32,000 nucleotides of DNA from Vibrio vulnificus CMCP6 (lineage in GTDB: Bacteria; Pseudomonadota; Gammaproteobacteria; Enterobacterales; Vibrionaceae). The stretch is from positions 810,001 to 842,000 of the forward strand of contig NC_004460.2 in assembly GCF_000039765.1 (NCBI RefSeq). Reading direction: 5' to 3'. Made by a program: the position numbers and the translations under genes. Shown piece after piece: positions 1-9,175 of the stretch. Under the pieces are notes generated by a model that made no database searches, was not told the DNA's origin, and saw only the letters and a list, made by a program, of their open reading frames with translations. Position 1 is the first letter of the stretch, and every line of letters begins with the position of its first letter.

Positions 1-165
1 AACTTCAGATTCCGACAAGGACATCACAGGCTCGCGATTACTCTTCTGATTACAGGCATTGGTCAATGCATTTAAGCTCAATGGATATTGGTCTGGCGTT
101 GTGACTTCTTTTTCGATTAAACAACCAATGACACGGGCTTCAATGGGGGTCAACTCAGTTCTCAT
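1..165 (-). CDS. yceH: YceH family protein (DUF480), N-terminal part, truncated by window edge
   Basis: Reverse strand from an ATG at 165 reads [55 protein letters not shown], matching the YceH N-terminus pattern. Not in the supplied ORF track because it runs off the edge. Confidence 0.93.
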   Translation of the reverse strand, partial: MRTELTPIEARVIGCLIEKEVTTPDQYPLSLNALTNACNQKSNREPVMSLSESEV

Positions 166-230
166 GTTGCTTCTCCTTATATATTTTCTTGCTTCACCAT
201 AGCACGTTTCTAACCCCACATTGCAATGGG

Positions 231-440
231 TTAATGCTCGGATATGAGAGTGAACTTGGTCAATTTGCCGTTTTCATCCACAACGACAATTTTGGAACGA
301 TTCAATTCGACTTCGATGGTTTCGAGCTTCACTCTTTCATCGATGTAAGCAGATTTGAGCTTGAAGCTGGTTTTGGGGCACTCTTCGAGCACTTGCTCAT
401 CGAAGATTTGCTCATCAAGTTGGGAACCATCGGACTTCAT
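231..440 (-). CDS. Possible small hypothetical protein (69 aa)
   Basis: Charged, protein-like composition, but no clear ribosome binding site and no recognised family. Confidence 0.25.
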   Translation of the reverse strand: MKSDGSQLDEQIFDEQVLEECPKTSFKLKSAYIDERVKLETIEVELNRSKIVVVDENGKLTKFTLISEH

Positions 441-709
441 ACTACTTGTCTATCATGCAGGTTTACTAAGTTGGCGCAGATAATATCTCTTTATGGGTCA
501 GAAAGACAATTGCCTCGTTTTGAAGTGGCTTTTTCTTGACCAGACAAGCATTCGATTGATCTAAAGACTGTTATGAGTATGTATGATGTGCTTTAATCTC
601 TGCAGGGTATGTTCGAGAATCACTTCAAGATGCTGATAAGAATGATCAAACACGCATCCTGAAGTTATTTTGCAATTTATCATTCACTTTTATTGAAGGT
701 AAGGGACCT

Positions 710-1024
710 ATGAATACCGTATTTGAAATTGTTTCTCAGGCGCGCCGTAAGAACAAATTGAAACGTGAACTACTAGACAATGAAAAGAAAGTTCGCGATA
801 ACCGCAAGCGTGTTGAGCTACTTGAGAACCTACTGGACTACATCAAGCCAAACATGTCTCAAGATGAGATCATGACCATTATTAAGAACATGAAAGCCGA
901 TTACGAAGATCGCGTTGATGACCACATCATCAAAAGTGCAGAGATTTCTAAAGCACGCCGTGACATCAGCCGTCGTATTCGCGAACTCACCGAAGAAGAC
1001 AAGCAAGCAAGTGGCAAGAAATAA
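710..1024 (+). CDS. tmaR: TmaR/YeeX (DUF496) PTS-associated polar regulator family
   Basis: [39 protein letters not shown]...[26 protein letters not shown] is characteristic of the YeeX/TmaR family. Confidence 0.93.
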   Translation: MNTVFEIVSQARRKNKLKRELLDNEKKVRDNRKRVELLENLLDYIKPNMSQDEIMTIIKNMKADYEDRVDDHIIKSAEISKARRDISRRIRELTEEDKQASGKK

Positions 1025-1050
1025 GCCACAGCTTCAGCGATAACATCTCA

Positions 1051-1074
1051 GCCTCGCCATTTGCGGGGCTTTTT
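1051..1074 (+). terminator. Rho-independent terminator after tmaR
   Basis: GCCTCGC-cattt-GCGGGGC followed by TTTTTC. Confidence 0.8.
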
Positions 1075-1098
1075 CTTTGTCGCGTTTTGCTACCCCCA

Positions 1099-1128
1099 AA
1101 AGGTATTCATCCCCCAATGAATACCTTT
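1099..1128. repeat. 12-bp perfect inverted repeat upstream of the MATE gene
   Basis: AAAGGTATTCAT-ccccca-ATGAATACCTTT. Confidence 0.85.
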
Positions 1129-1195
1129 CCTAACTATTAGGTTATTAATTTATCTTGCGCTAGACTAGCGATGGGTTCTGATTCAAACATTCGAT

Positions 1196-2524
1196 ATGAC
1201 AACTTCTAACACTTCTCTCGCTCGCCAACTTTTTACTATGACATGGCCAATGTTATTTGGTGTGCTCTCTTTAATGAGCTTTCAATTGGTTGACAGTGCC
1301 TTCATCGGGCAATTAGGTATACTTCCTTTGGCTGCACAAGGGTTTACCCTACCGCTGCAGATGGTCATCATCGGTATTCAAGTGGGTTTAGGTATTGCGA
1401 CGACTGCCGTCATCTCCAAAGCGCTAGGTGCAGAAAAACTTCAGTACGCTCGTCAACTCGCAGGGCTTATTTTGCTCATTGGTGCCGTAGGTGTGGCTCT
1501 GGTCTGTGTGATCATCTGGTTTTTACGACATGTGATTTTGTCGCTACTTGGGGCACCTGAAAGTGTCTATGCCGTCATCGACGCGTATTGGCCCTATTGG
1601 CTTATCAGCGCTTGGGTCGGCGCTATGCTTTATTTTTTCTACAGTATCTGCCGCTCGAATGGCAATACTATGCTGCCAGGCACCATGATGATGCTCACCA
1701 GCGGCTTAAACCTAGTGCTAGATCCGCTGTTTATTTTTACTTTCGATCTCGGTATCAATGGCGCCGCTCTGGCAACTATTGTAGCTTTTGGTATAGGGAT
1801 TATGATCGTCGCTCCGAAAGTGCATCGTCACTCATGGGTCAGCTTTGATCGTCATGATCTGGATGTCGTTAACAGTGTGAAAGCCGTTGGCCATATTATG
1901 GGACCAGCGATGATCAGCCAGTTGCTCCCGCCTCTCTCTTCGATGCTGGCGACCAAACTCATCGCGGGTTTTGGCACAGCAGCAATTGCATCATGGGCGC
2001 TAGGGTCTCGTTTTGAATTCTTCACGCTGGTCTCAGTATTGGCCCTAACGATGTCCATGCCTCCAATGATCGGCCGACTTCTCGGTGCAAAGAACTTTGC
2101 CGATATTCGCAGCTTGGTCTCCATTGCTTGTCGCTTTATTCTGTTTTTTCAAACCAGCTTAGCCATTATCAGTCTATTAGTGTCTGCTTGGTTGTCTTCT
2201 TTGATGACCAGCGATCATCAAGTCGAAGAGATCCTCAACCTTCATCTGACCATTATCCCTATCAGCCTTGGAGCTTTGGGTATCTGCATGTTGATGGTTT
2301 CGATTTGCAACGCGCTAGGACGCTCCTACACTGCACTGCGTATTTCCGCATTGCGCTTGTTTGCCTTTTTCCTTCCTGCGCTTTGGTTAGGCGCAGAACT
2401 AGGCGGAATCCAAGGTCTCTTTATTGGCGCTGCGATTGGCAATGTTTTGGCAGGGCTTGTTGCATGGTTAACGTATCGCTCCGCCATCAATCAGTTGGCT
2501 GAGTTGGAATCACTCCGCTCTTGA
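1196..2524 (+). CDS. MATE family efflux transporter (DinF/NorM-like)
   Basis: 442 aa, about 12 hydrophobic segments; MTWPMLFGVLSLMSFQLVDSAFIGQLGILPLAAQGF is MATE-type. Confidence 0.93.
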   Translation: MTTSNTSLARQLFTMTWPMLFGVLSLMSFQLVDSAFIGQLGILPLAAQGFTLPLQMVIIGIQVGLGIATTAVISKALGAEKLQYARQLAGLILLIGAVGVALVCVIIWFLRHVILSLLGAPESVYAVIDAYWPYWLISAWVGAMLYFFYSICRSNGNTMLPGTMMMLTSGLNLVLDPLFIFTFDLGINGAALATIVAFGIGIMIVAPKVHRHSWVSFDRHDLDVVNSVKAVGHIMGPAMISQLLPPLSSMLATKLIAGFGTAAIASWALGSRFEFFTLVSVLALTMSMPPMIGRLLGAKNFADIRSLVSIACRFILFFQTSLAIISLLVSAWLSSLMTSDHQVEEILNLHLTIIPISLGALGICMLMVSICNALGRSYTALRISALRLFAFFLPALWLGAELGGIQGLFIGAAIGNVLAGLVAWLTYRSAINQLAELESLRS

Positions 2525-2575
2525 TACGAAGTGGCCAACCCCATGGGTTGGCCTCTTTATAAATAGGCGAGACGC

Positions 2576-5221
2576 CTAAGCTATTTTCAGTTCACTAAAC
2601 AAGTCATAAAGCTGGTTAGATTTGTATGGCTTGGGTAGGTAGGCGTCCATCCCGGCCTCAAAGCAGCTTTGAATATCCTCTTCAAGAACGCTCGCTGTTA
2701 AGGCAATAATTGGCGTTTTTCCACTGCCTTGTTCCGTTTCCCAACGTCGGATTTCTCTTGTTGCGGTAATGCCATCCATCACTGGCATCATGCAGTCCAT
2801 CAAGACTGCATCAAATTTTCCGCCTTGCGTGATGGCATCAAGCGCTTCTTGCCCATTACTGGTAATCAAATAGTCAAACCCGGCCTTTTCTAAGAAAAAA
2901 CTGGCAATTTTTTGATTCATTAGATTGTCTTCCGCAATCAGTATTCGGCGATGGTTGCGGCCGTATGACGGGCTCACTCGAGTGTCGAAACAAACTTCCT
3001 GTTTGGCTGGCATTCTCGTACTTGAGGAAGCGGTAGGCTGTGAAAGGTTTTGTGCCAAACTCTCTATGCACGCTTTGAATCGTTTCCCTAAGAATGGCTG
3101 AGTCAAAAGAGCGTGAACTCGTTCGATGTTGATATGACTGCTGAACAAATGATGCTGGCACACCACGACACGTTGAAGCGGGATCACTTGCTCAAGTTGC
3201 TCTAGGTCTCGGGTCGCATTTTGATGCAGGCTGTGGCAATAGAAAACCACATCAAAATCGGGTTTCAATAACTGAACTTGCTCCACTCCTTCCGCGATCG
3301 TCAACTCAATACCACATAACCGACATTCATTAATAAGTTGGTTGGTATAACCATAGTTATCCGCGATCAATAAGCCTTTCTTAATCACTGGTGAACGCCA
3401 GTTTTCTGTATCGAGAGTTTCCACTGGGATCGTAAAAGAAAAGCAGCTTCCTAGGCCTTTGGTTGACGTGGCCGTTAACTCCCCTCCCATCATGGCAACC
3501 AACTGACGGCAAATCGCTAAACCTAAGCCAGTTCCACCAAATTGCCGCGTGATGCTGTCGTCTTCTTGCGTAAATGGCTCGAAAATCGTTTCTAGTTTTG
3601 CTTGATCGATGCCAATACCAGTGTCCGTCACTTTGAAGGTCAGATAGCCTTGGTGATCATGTTCATCCGCTTGATAGTTGACGAATGTAGAGATGTAACC
3701 CTCTTTGGTGAACTTGATTGCATTACCGACTAAGTTGGTCAGAACTTGCTTGATTCGGTGATCATCCGCCATTACTTTGGCAGGAATGTCCTCTCCCATT
3801 GTGATGTGCAGTTCGATATTTTTGCTTGTCGCCTTCGATTGAAACAGAGTCATGGCTTGGTAGACCGTTTCTCGAATATCCGCTTCCTGAAGCGAAATGT
3901 TTAAGTTACCCGATTCAATCTTGGATAGATCAAGGATATCGTTCAACAAGATAAGCAGAGACTGTGAGGAAGTATCAATATCTCCTAAAATCTCCTTTTG
4001 TTGGCTACTAAGTTCACTTTGAGACAAGATTTCAGTCATCCCGATAATCCCGTTCAAAGGCGTGCGAATTTCATGAGACATATTGGCTAAAAAGACCGAT
4101 TTCGCTCGGTTAGCAGAAATGGCCGACTCTTTCGCATGGATAATCTCCACCATCTGCTGCTGCTTCTCATCAATAATTTGGTTTATCTGTTTGGCAAACA
4201 CGGTGAACTCGTCATTGCCGTCAGGGATTACTCGTGTTTGCTGACTTTGCTCATCCTCTTTGGTCAAACTTTGTAATGCATTCAAAATGGCATTGAGCTT
4301 ATTGTAAACCCTTAGCCATGTGGAAGTACCCAACATAAACAACACGAATAGCATGGCAAATACGGCACCAGTCATGCCCGTGAAATACCATTGTTGATGC
4401 TCTATTTGACTGCGCAGGCTGGTTTCCGCTTGAATTGAAAAGCTATTGATTAACAATAGTAGCGTTTGTAAACGATAATCTAGCTCAACACTGTACGCTT
4501 TGAGCTGATCCAAAGAGAGCGTTCCTGCGGCAATGCTGTCTCGATATTGCACACTGCTTTGATAACGTTCTGATGAAAAAAACTGCAATAGCTTTTCAAC
4601 TTGATGATGACTTGCGCCTAAATCAAGAAAACGCTCAAGCGCTTGCTGTTGCCTTTCAATTGCCTGATAAAAAGCAGCATAATCAAAACCGTACGTTCCT
4701 TGTGTTTGTAATTTGTACGTGAGCAGCGCTTCTTTTTGCGCCCAATAGGAAAGGGAGATGAGCTGAGTGATGAGCTTTTCCGTCATTTCTGCATCATTGA
4801 GAGACAAATGAAGATGCTCATTTTCGATGGCCTCCAACATCTCCCGCAAAACATCAAACCCCCACTCTGATGAAATCAATCTTTCTTGCGCTGGTTGGCT
4901 TTTTATTTCCGACAACGCTTCAATTAAATCGTTTTTTAACCCACTTAATTCCGATGAAACATCTAGCGAATACATAAACTGGTTGAATGAGTCACTTTGC
5001 GATAACTCATCCAAATAACGCATTTCTCCTTGAACCCCCTGATAAATCCTAAAAGCCGTTTCAGCAATCCCATTTTGTATGTGTATTCGACTGATGGTTT
5101 TATCAAGAGAGTCTAACTGACGACGGTTATTTAATAACTCCTGCACTGTAAAACCCAATATAAAAATAGCGGGTAGCAGCGAAAGCAGGGCGAGACGAGT
5201 TTTTATAGAAATCTTCATCAT
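2576..5221 (-). CDS. Hybrid sensor histidine kinase: periplasmic helical sensor (NIT-like), HisKA, HATPase_c, degenerate receiver, canonical receiver
   Basis: H box FLANMSHEIRTPLNGIIGM, N box LTNLVGNAIKF, G boxes DTGIGI and GGTGLGLAI, C-terminal receiver ILIAEDN...FDAVLMDCMMPVMDG...KPYK. TM segments near residues 10-28 and 279-300. Confidence 0.93.
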   Translation of the reverse strand: MMKISIKTRLALLSLLPAIFILGFTVQELLNNRRQLDSLDKTISRIHIQNGIAETAFRIYQGVQGEMRYLDELSQSDSFNQFMYSLDVSSELSGLKNDLIEALSEIKSQPAQERLISSEWGFDVLREMLEAIENEHLHLSLNDAEMTEKLITQLISLSYWAQKEALLTYKLQTQGTYGFDYAAFYQAIERQQQALERFLDLGASHHQVEKLLQFFSSERYQSSVQYRDSIAAGTLSLDQLKAYSVELDYRLQTLLLLINSFSIQAETSLRSQIEHQQWYFTGMTGAVFAMLFVLFMLGTSTWLRVYNKLNAILNALQSLTKEDEQSQQTRVIPDGNDEFTVFAKQINQIIDEKQQQMVEIIHAKESAISANRAKSVFLANMSHEIRTPLNGIIGMTEILSQSELSSQQKEILGDIDTSSQSLLILLNDILDLSKIESGNLNISLQEADIRETVYQAMTLFQSKATSKNIELHITMGEDIPAKVMADDHRIKQVLTNLVGNAIKFTKEGYISTFVNYQADEHDHQGYLTFKVTDTGIGIDQAKLETIFEPFTQEDDSITRQFGGTGLGLAICRQLVAMMGGELTATSTKGLGSCFSFTIPVETLDTENWRSPVIKKGLLIADNYGYTNQLINECRLCGIELTIAEGVEQVQLLKPDFDVVFYCHSLHQNATRDLEQLEQVIPLQRVVVCQHHLFSSHINIERVHALLTQPFLGKRFKACIESLAQNLSQPTASSSTRMPAKQEVCFDTRVSPSYGRNHRRILIAEDNLMNQKIASFFLEKAGFDYLITSNGQEALDAITQGGKFDAVLMDCMMPVMDGITATREIRRWETEQGSGKTPIIALTASVLEEDIQSCFEAGMDAYLPKPYKSNQLYDLFSELKIA

Positions 5222-5339
5222 ATTTGTTTCGTCCTTGCAAGCATTGGGACCTAGCCTATCCTTAATACTAGACCAATTTCATAGCAACAAAATAAAAGTT
5301 AATTAAATCGCGGGAAACCGGTGAAACGGTGTGAGGTTA

Positions 5340-5789
5340 ATGCCTAAATTCAGTCTGTTGGTGATCGTTGTTGTATTAATTAGTGTGCTCTCATCCTTAT
5401 CTGTGAGAGCCGCAGACCAGTACATCATTTTTTCGCTCAACCCTCAGCTACCCACCTTAAGCACCAGCCAAGTTAAGATGATTTATCGCGGCAAAATGAC
5501 GCAAATCGATGGCATTCCTTTTGAACTGCTCGATTTGCCCGCTTCGTCGCAACAACGTAATCAGTTTTATCAAATTTTATTGAACAAAACACCGTCACAA
5601 ATGGCTGCCATTTGGGCCAAACAAACCTTTTCAGGACGCACAAAACAACCTTTTCAGCTATCCGAACAAAGCATTAAAGAGGTAATGGAATGGCTAGCCA
5701 TTACTCCTTCCGGCATTGCTTATTTTCCAGCGAATGAGGTTCCCAGTGACGTGCATGTGCTCTACCAATTTACGACTGAGGAAGAATAA
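5340..5789 (+). CDS. Small secreted PBP-like (phosphate ABC substrate-binding-like) domain protein
   Basis: Signal peptide MPKFSLLVIVVVLISVLSSLSVRAAD; body QVKMIYRGKMTQIDGIPFELLDLPASSQQRNQFYQILLNKTPSQMAAIWAKQTFSGRTKQP...GIAYFPANEV resembles PstS-like single-domain proteins. The track starts at a GTG at 5331; the ATG at 5340 has better AGG spacing. Confidence 0.8.
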   Translation: MPKFSLLVIVVVLISVLSSLSVRAADQYIIFSLNPQLPTLSTSQVKMIYRGKMTQIDGIPFELLDLPASSQQRNQFYQILLNKTPSQMAAIWAKQTFSGRTKQPFQLSEQSIKEVMEWLAITPSGIAYFPANEVPSDVHVLYQFTTEEE

Positions 5790-6842
5790 ATGAGGCTTAA
5801 ATTTATTTTACCCCTGTGCCTACTCTGCTCTCCGGTATACGGAGAGTGGACACTGTCGGACCAACTCACCATCAGTGGATTTGGCTCACTTTCTGCGAGT
5901 AAAAGCGATCAAGCGACGCCGAGCATCCAAGAAAAAGAATTTACCGATGAGTGGTGTTGGGATTGCGAAACCACACTTGGAGTACAGCTAGACTGGGCAA
6001 TGAACGAGAACTGGCGAGCGTCTTTGCAGGTGGTCAAACAACCTCATGACGATTTCTCCGACCCGACGCTGGCTTGGGCATTTGTTGAATATCGCGGCGA
6101 CGACTGGAGTACAAAATTAGGCCGCCAACGCATTCCGCTTTTCTTAATGTCGGAATATCTCTTTGTGTCACAAGCCTACCCTTGGTTTCGCCCGCCTATT
6201 GATGTGTACGATAGTGTGTTAGGCATTTCAAATTATGATGGGCTTTCTCTCGATGTACAGAAGTGGATAACCTCTGATATTCCAGTGCGAGTCGCCACTT
6301 TTGTTGCCAAATCCAGCAGCGACGATTACTCCTTGTATGGACAGCCACTGACCATCGATACCGATATTTCTTATGGCATCACCACCGAAATCGACTTTGA
6401 TGAAAATCTTGTCCGTGCCGCACTGATGCACACGAAGTTCGAACAGACATACGCTGCAACCACGATTATTCCCGGGGGGGAACAATCGTTAACCTTGTTT
6501 AGTCTAGGTACCATTTACAACTGGCAACAGTGGCAATTTATTGCTGAGTTGCTCACAAGCAGTCGCTATCACTCTAATTGGTATGTCAGCGTTAACTATC
6601 AATGGAACGATCTCACACCCTATATTACCTACAGCCAAAGGAGAAAATCCGTCGAAAACGAAACATACAGCGTAGGCTTGAAATACTCTCTATTGCCTAA
6701 TTTAAGTGTTTATGGCGAATGGCTTTACATACAAAGCGCCAAAAGTGTGATTAGCGGCCACTTTACTCAGCCTCAACTCCCACCAAACGAGTTGGTTGGT
6801 GAGGTAAACCTATTTAGCTTAGGCTTATCGTTTACTTTTTGA
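5790..6842 (+). CDS. Outer-membrane porin-like beta-barrel protein
   Basis: Signal peptide, alternating aromatic/hydrophobic strands, C-terminal ...VNLFSLGLSFTF ending in Phe. Start codon directly follows the upstream stop (TAAATG). Confidence 0.78.
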   Translation: MRLKFILPLCLLCSPVYGEWTLSDQLTISGFGSLSASKSDQATPSIQEKEFTDEWCWDCETTLGVQLDWAMNENWRASLQVVKQPHDDFSDPTLAWAFVEYRGDDWSTKLGRQRIPLFLMSEYLFVSQAYPWFRPPIDVYDSVLGISNYDGLSLDVQKWITSDIPVRVATFVAKSSSDDYSLYGQPLTIDTDISYGITTEIDFDENLVRAALMHTKFEQTYAATTIIPGGEQSLTLFSLGTIYNWQQWQFIAELLTSSRYHSNWYVSVNYQWNDLTPYITYSQRRKSVENETYSVGLKYSLLPNLSVYGEWLYIQSAKSVISGHFTQPQLPPNELVGEVNLFSLGLSFTF

Positions 6843-7176
6843 GTGTTAAAGTTGATGCATGTCTTATTTACAGTGCAATGATTGAATCATGTTACAACTC
6901 ACGAGTGCTTTTATACATTATTTTCACAAAATAAGTTTCTGAGAATGAAAATGTCAATACGTATTTCGTTGTTTAAATCAACCACATTAAGACTTAAATT
7001 CAATCAGTTACAGCCATTTTATCTGTTTTATTTTTCCTAGCAGAATAACAACTTGCCGTGTAAACTCCCGCCACATAAATATTACAAGACTATTACAACC
7101 CTTATCCCTGCTTTCTGTTCCCCCTACATTCAGAAAGTAAGGTCAGCCCCAAAAACGTGAAAGGTCTAATACAAAC

Positions 7177-8613
7177 ATGAGTCCAGAGAAATATCTCCAA
7201 GACTGGCAAACCAGCCAAACGATTGCGGAATCCATCACTCCACTTATCGGCAAGCTGTACCGCCAAAAAGGTGTCGAAATCATTCTTTTTGGTAAAACCC
7301 TGATTAATGCAACCACCATCGACATTCTCAAAACTCACCGTGTCGCTCGACACTACACCGGTACACCACTTTCGCTTGAGCAAACCCTCCCCATTATTGA
7401 AAAAGTTTGTGAAATGAGCATTTCTGCTTGCCGTGTTGATGTTGGCCAACTTGCTCATCAATATTGGGAAAGCCACGACGATGTGTCTGCACTGGATGAC
7501 TACTTACAAACCGCATTAATTGGCGCATTAGATGCAGGTTCTTCACTCGCATCACGAGATGTTGTGTTGTACGGTTTTGGCCGAATTGGCCGTCTATTAA
7601 CCCGCCTTCTTATTGAAAAGAGTGGCCCAGGTTACCCGTTAAAACTGAAGGCCATTGTTGTCCGTGGTGGACGAGATGGTGATTTGCAAAAACGCGCAAG
7701 CTTGCTTCGTCGCGACTCTGTACACGGCCAATTCAACGGCAGTATCGTCATTGATGAAGAAAACAGCGCATTGGTGATCAACGGCAATTTCGTTCAGATC
7801 ATTTATGCGAACAAACCTGAAGAGGTCGACTACACCGCATATGGCATTCAAAACGCCTTAGTGGTCGACAACACTGGCGTGTGGCGTGATGCAGAAGGCT
7901 TAGGCCAACATTTGCAATGCCAAGGCGCCGCAAAAGTCCTACTGACCGCGCCAGGTAAAGGCGATATCAAAAACGTCGTATTTGGTGTGAACGAAGATGT
8001 AATTAAGTCAGACGACACCATCATCTCTGCCGCAAGTTGTACCACCAACGCCATTACACCGGTGCTGAAAGTGATTAACGACAAATATGGCGTCATCTCA
8101 GGTCACATCGAAACAGTGCACTCTTACACTAACGATCAAAACTTGATCGACAACTTCCACAAGGGCGATCGTCGTGGTCGAGGCGCTGCACTGAACATGG
8201 TATTGACCTCAACGGGTGCAGCCAAAGCAGTAGCGAAGGCACTGCCTGAGCTGGCTGGGCGTTTAACTGGCAATGCGATTCGCGTTCCAACCCCGAACGT
8301 GTCGATGGCAGTCGCTAATCTCAACCTTGAAAAAGGTACGACAAAAGAAGAACTTAACGAGTATCTGCGTGAAATGGCGCTGGCTTCACCACTTTCTGCA
8401 CAAATTGACTATACCGATTCGACAGAGATTGTATCTAGCGATCTGGTCGGCTCACGTCATGCGGGGGTTGTAGACGGTCAAGCGACGATTGCGCAAGATA
8501 ACCGCGCAGTGCTGTATATATGGTATGACAACGAGTTTGGCTATAGCTGCCAAGTTGTTCACTGTATGGAACAAATGATGGGCGTTCGTTATCAAACTTT
8601 CCCTCGTGTGTAA
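7177..8613 (+). CDS. Glyceraldehyde-3-phosphate dehydrogenase, long form with about 127-aa N-terminal extension
   Basis: VVLYGFGRIGRLLTRLL Rossmann motif, active site SAASCTTNAITPVLKVI, HSYTNDQNLIDN, WYDNEFGYSCQVV. Confidence 0.95.
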   Translation: MSPEKYLQDWQTSQTIAESITPLIGKLYRQKGVEIILFGKTLINATTIDILKTHRVARHYTGTPLSLEQTLPIIEKVCEMSISACRVDVGQLAHQYWESHDDVSALDDYLQTALIGALDAGSSLASRDVVLYGFGRIGRLLTRLLIEKSGPGYPLKLKAIVVRGGRDGDLQKRASLLRRDSVHGQFNGSIVIDEENSALVINGNFVQIIYANKPEEVDYTAYGIQNALVVDNTGVWRDAEGLGQHLQCQGAAKVLLTAPGKGDIKNVVFGVNEDVIKSDDTIISAASCTTNAITPVLKVINDKYGVISGHIETVHSYTNDQNLIDNFHKGDRRGRGAALNMVLTSTGAAKAVAKALPELAGRLTGNAIRVPTPNVSMAVANLNLEKGTTKEELNEYLREMALASPLSAQIDYTDSTEIVSSDLVGSRHAGVVDGQATIAQDNRAVLYIWYDNEFGYSCQVVHCMEQMMGVRYQTFPRV

Positions 8614-8654
8614 TTAGCTTGCTCCACAACTAACGACACCTTGGTAACGAAACC

Positions 8655-8691
8655 ACCAGCGGGTTTGTTTACCTACGGCAAAGCCGCTGGT
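8655..8691 (+). repeat. Stable hairpin downstream of the GAPDH gene
   Basis: ACCAGCGG...CCGCTGGT 8-bp stem extended by TTTG/CAAA after one mismatch; no following T tract. Confidence 0.7.
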
Positions 8692-8738
8692 TCAAATATT
8701 TGTTCTCTTATAACGACAATAATAATCTCTCCCCCATT

Positions 8739-8768
8739 GCGCCTGTACCCCTGATACAGGCGCCTTTT
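8739..8768 (+). terminator. Rho-independent terminator
   Basis: GCGCCTGTA-cccctga-TACAGGCGC-cTTTT. Confidence 0.75.
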
Positions 8769-8947
8769 AACCATCATATCGTTGTATTTATCTTACCTTG
8801 TGACCGTCGAAGCACACATCGGCTTTCCTCATCCACCAAGCAACTTGGTCAAATGTCAGCGCTTTGTACTTTTTGAATCATATTCATATTTCGTTCATCT
8901 TCACCACCGCAGTATGACTCCATAGAACCACCAAAGAGGCAATATTT

Positions 8948-9175
8948 ATGAACCGCATTATTATGACTGCATTGACTGCGATTACCGCTCTGTTCACGCT
9001 CATGTTCAGCTTGCTCTTGGCAATTCCGTTGACCATCGTCGCGCTGATCACTGGTAAAAGAATCGAAAAGCAGCTAAAACAAGCCGCACAACAAGCGCAA
9101 GCACAACGCACACAACACGATGACGGCCAGCAGCATCGAGTCATCGATGGTGAGTTCGAAGAAGTCTCACGTTAA
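8948..9175 (+). CDS. Small hypothetical protein with an N-terminal hydrophobic segment (75 aa)
   Basis: MNRIIMTALTAITALFTLMFSLLLAIPLTIVALITGKRIEKQLKQAAQQ...; plausible hydrophobic plus charged/coiled tail. Confidence 0.65.
   Translation: MNRIIMTALTAITALFTLMFSLLLAIPLTIVALITGKRIEKQLKQAAQQAQAQRTQHDDGQQHRVIDGEFEEVSR

Noticed and set aside
189-539. 116-aa + strand ORF
   Set aside because: Low-complexity hydrophobic/aromatic composition, no RBS, and antisense to another weak ORF; likely spurious.
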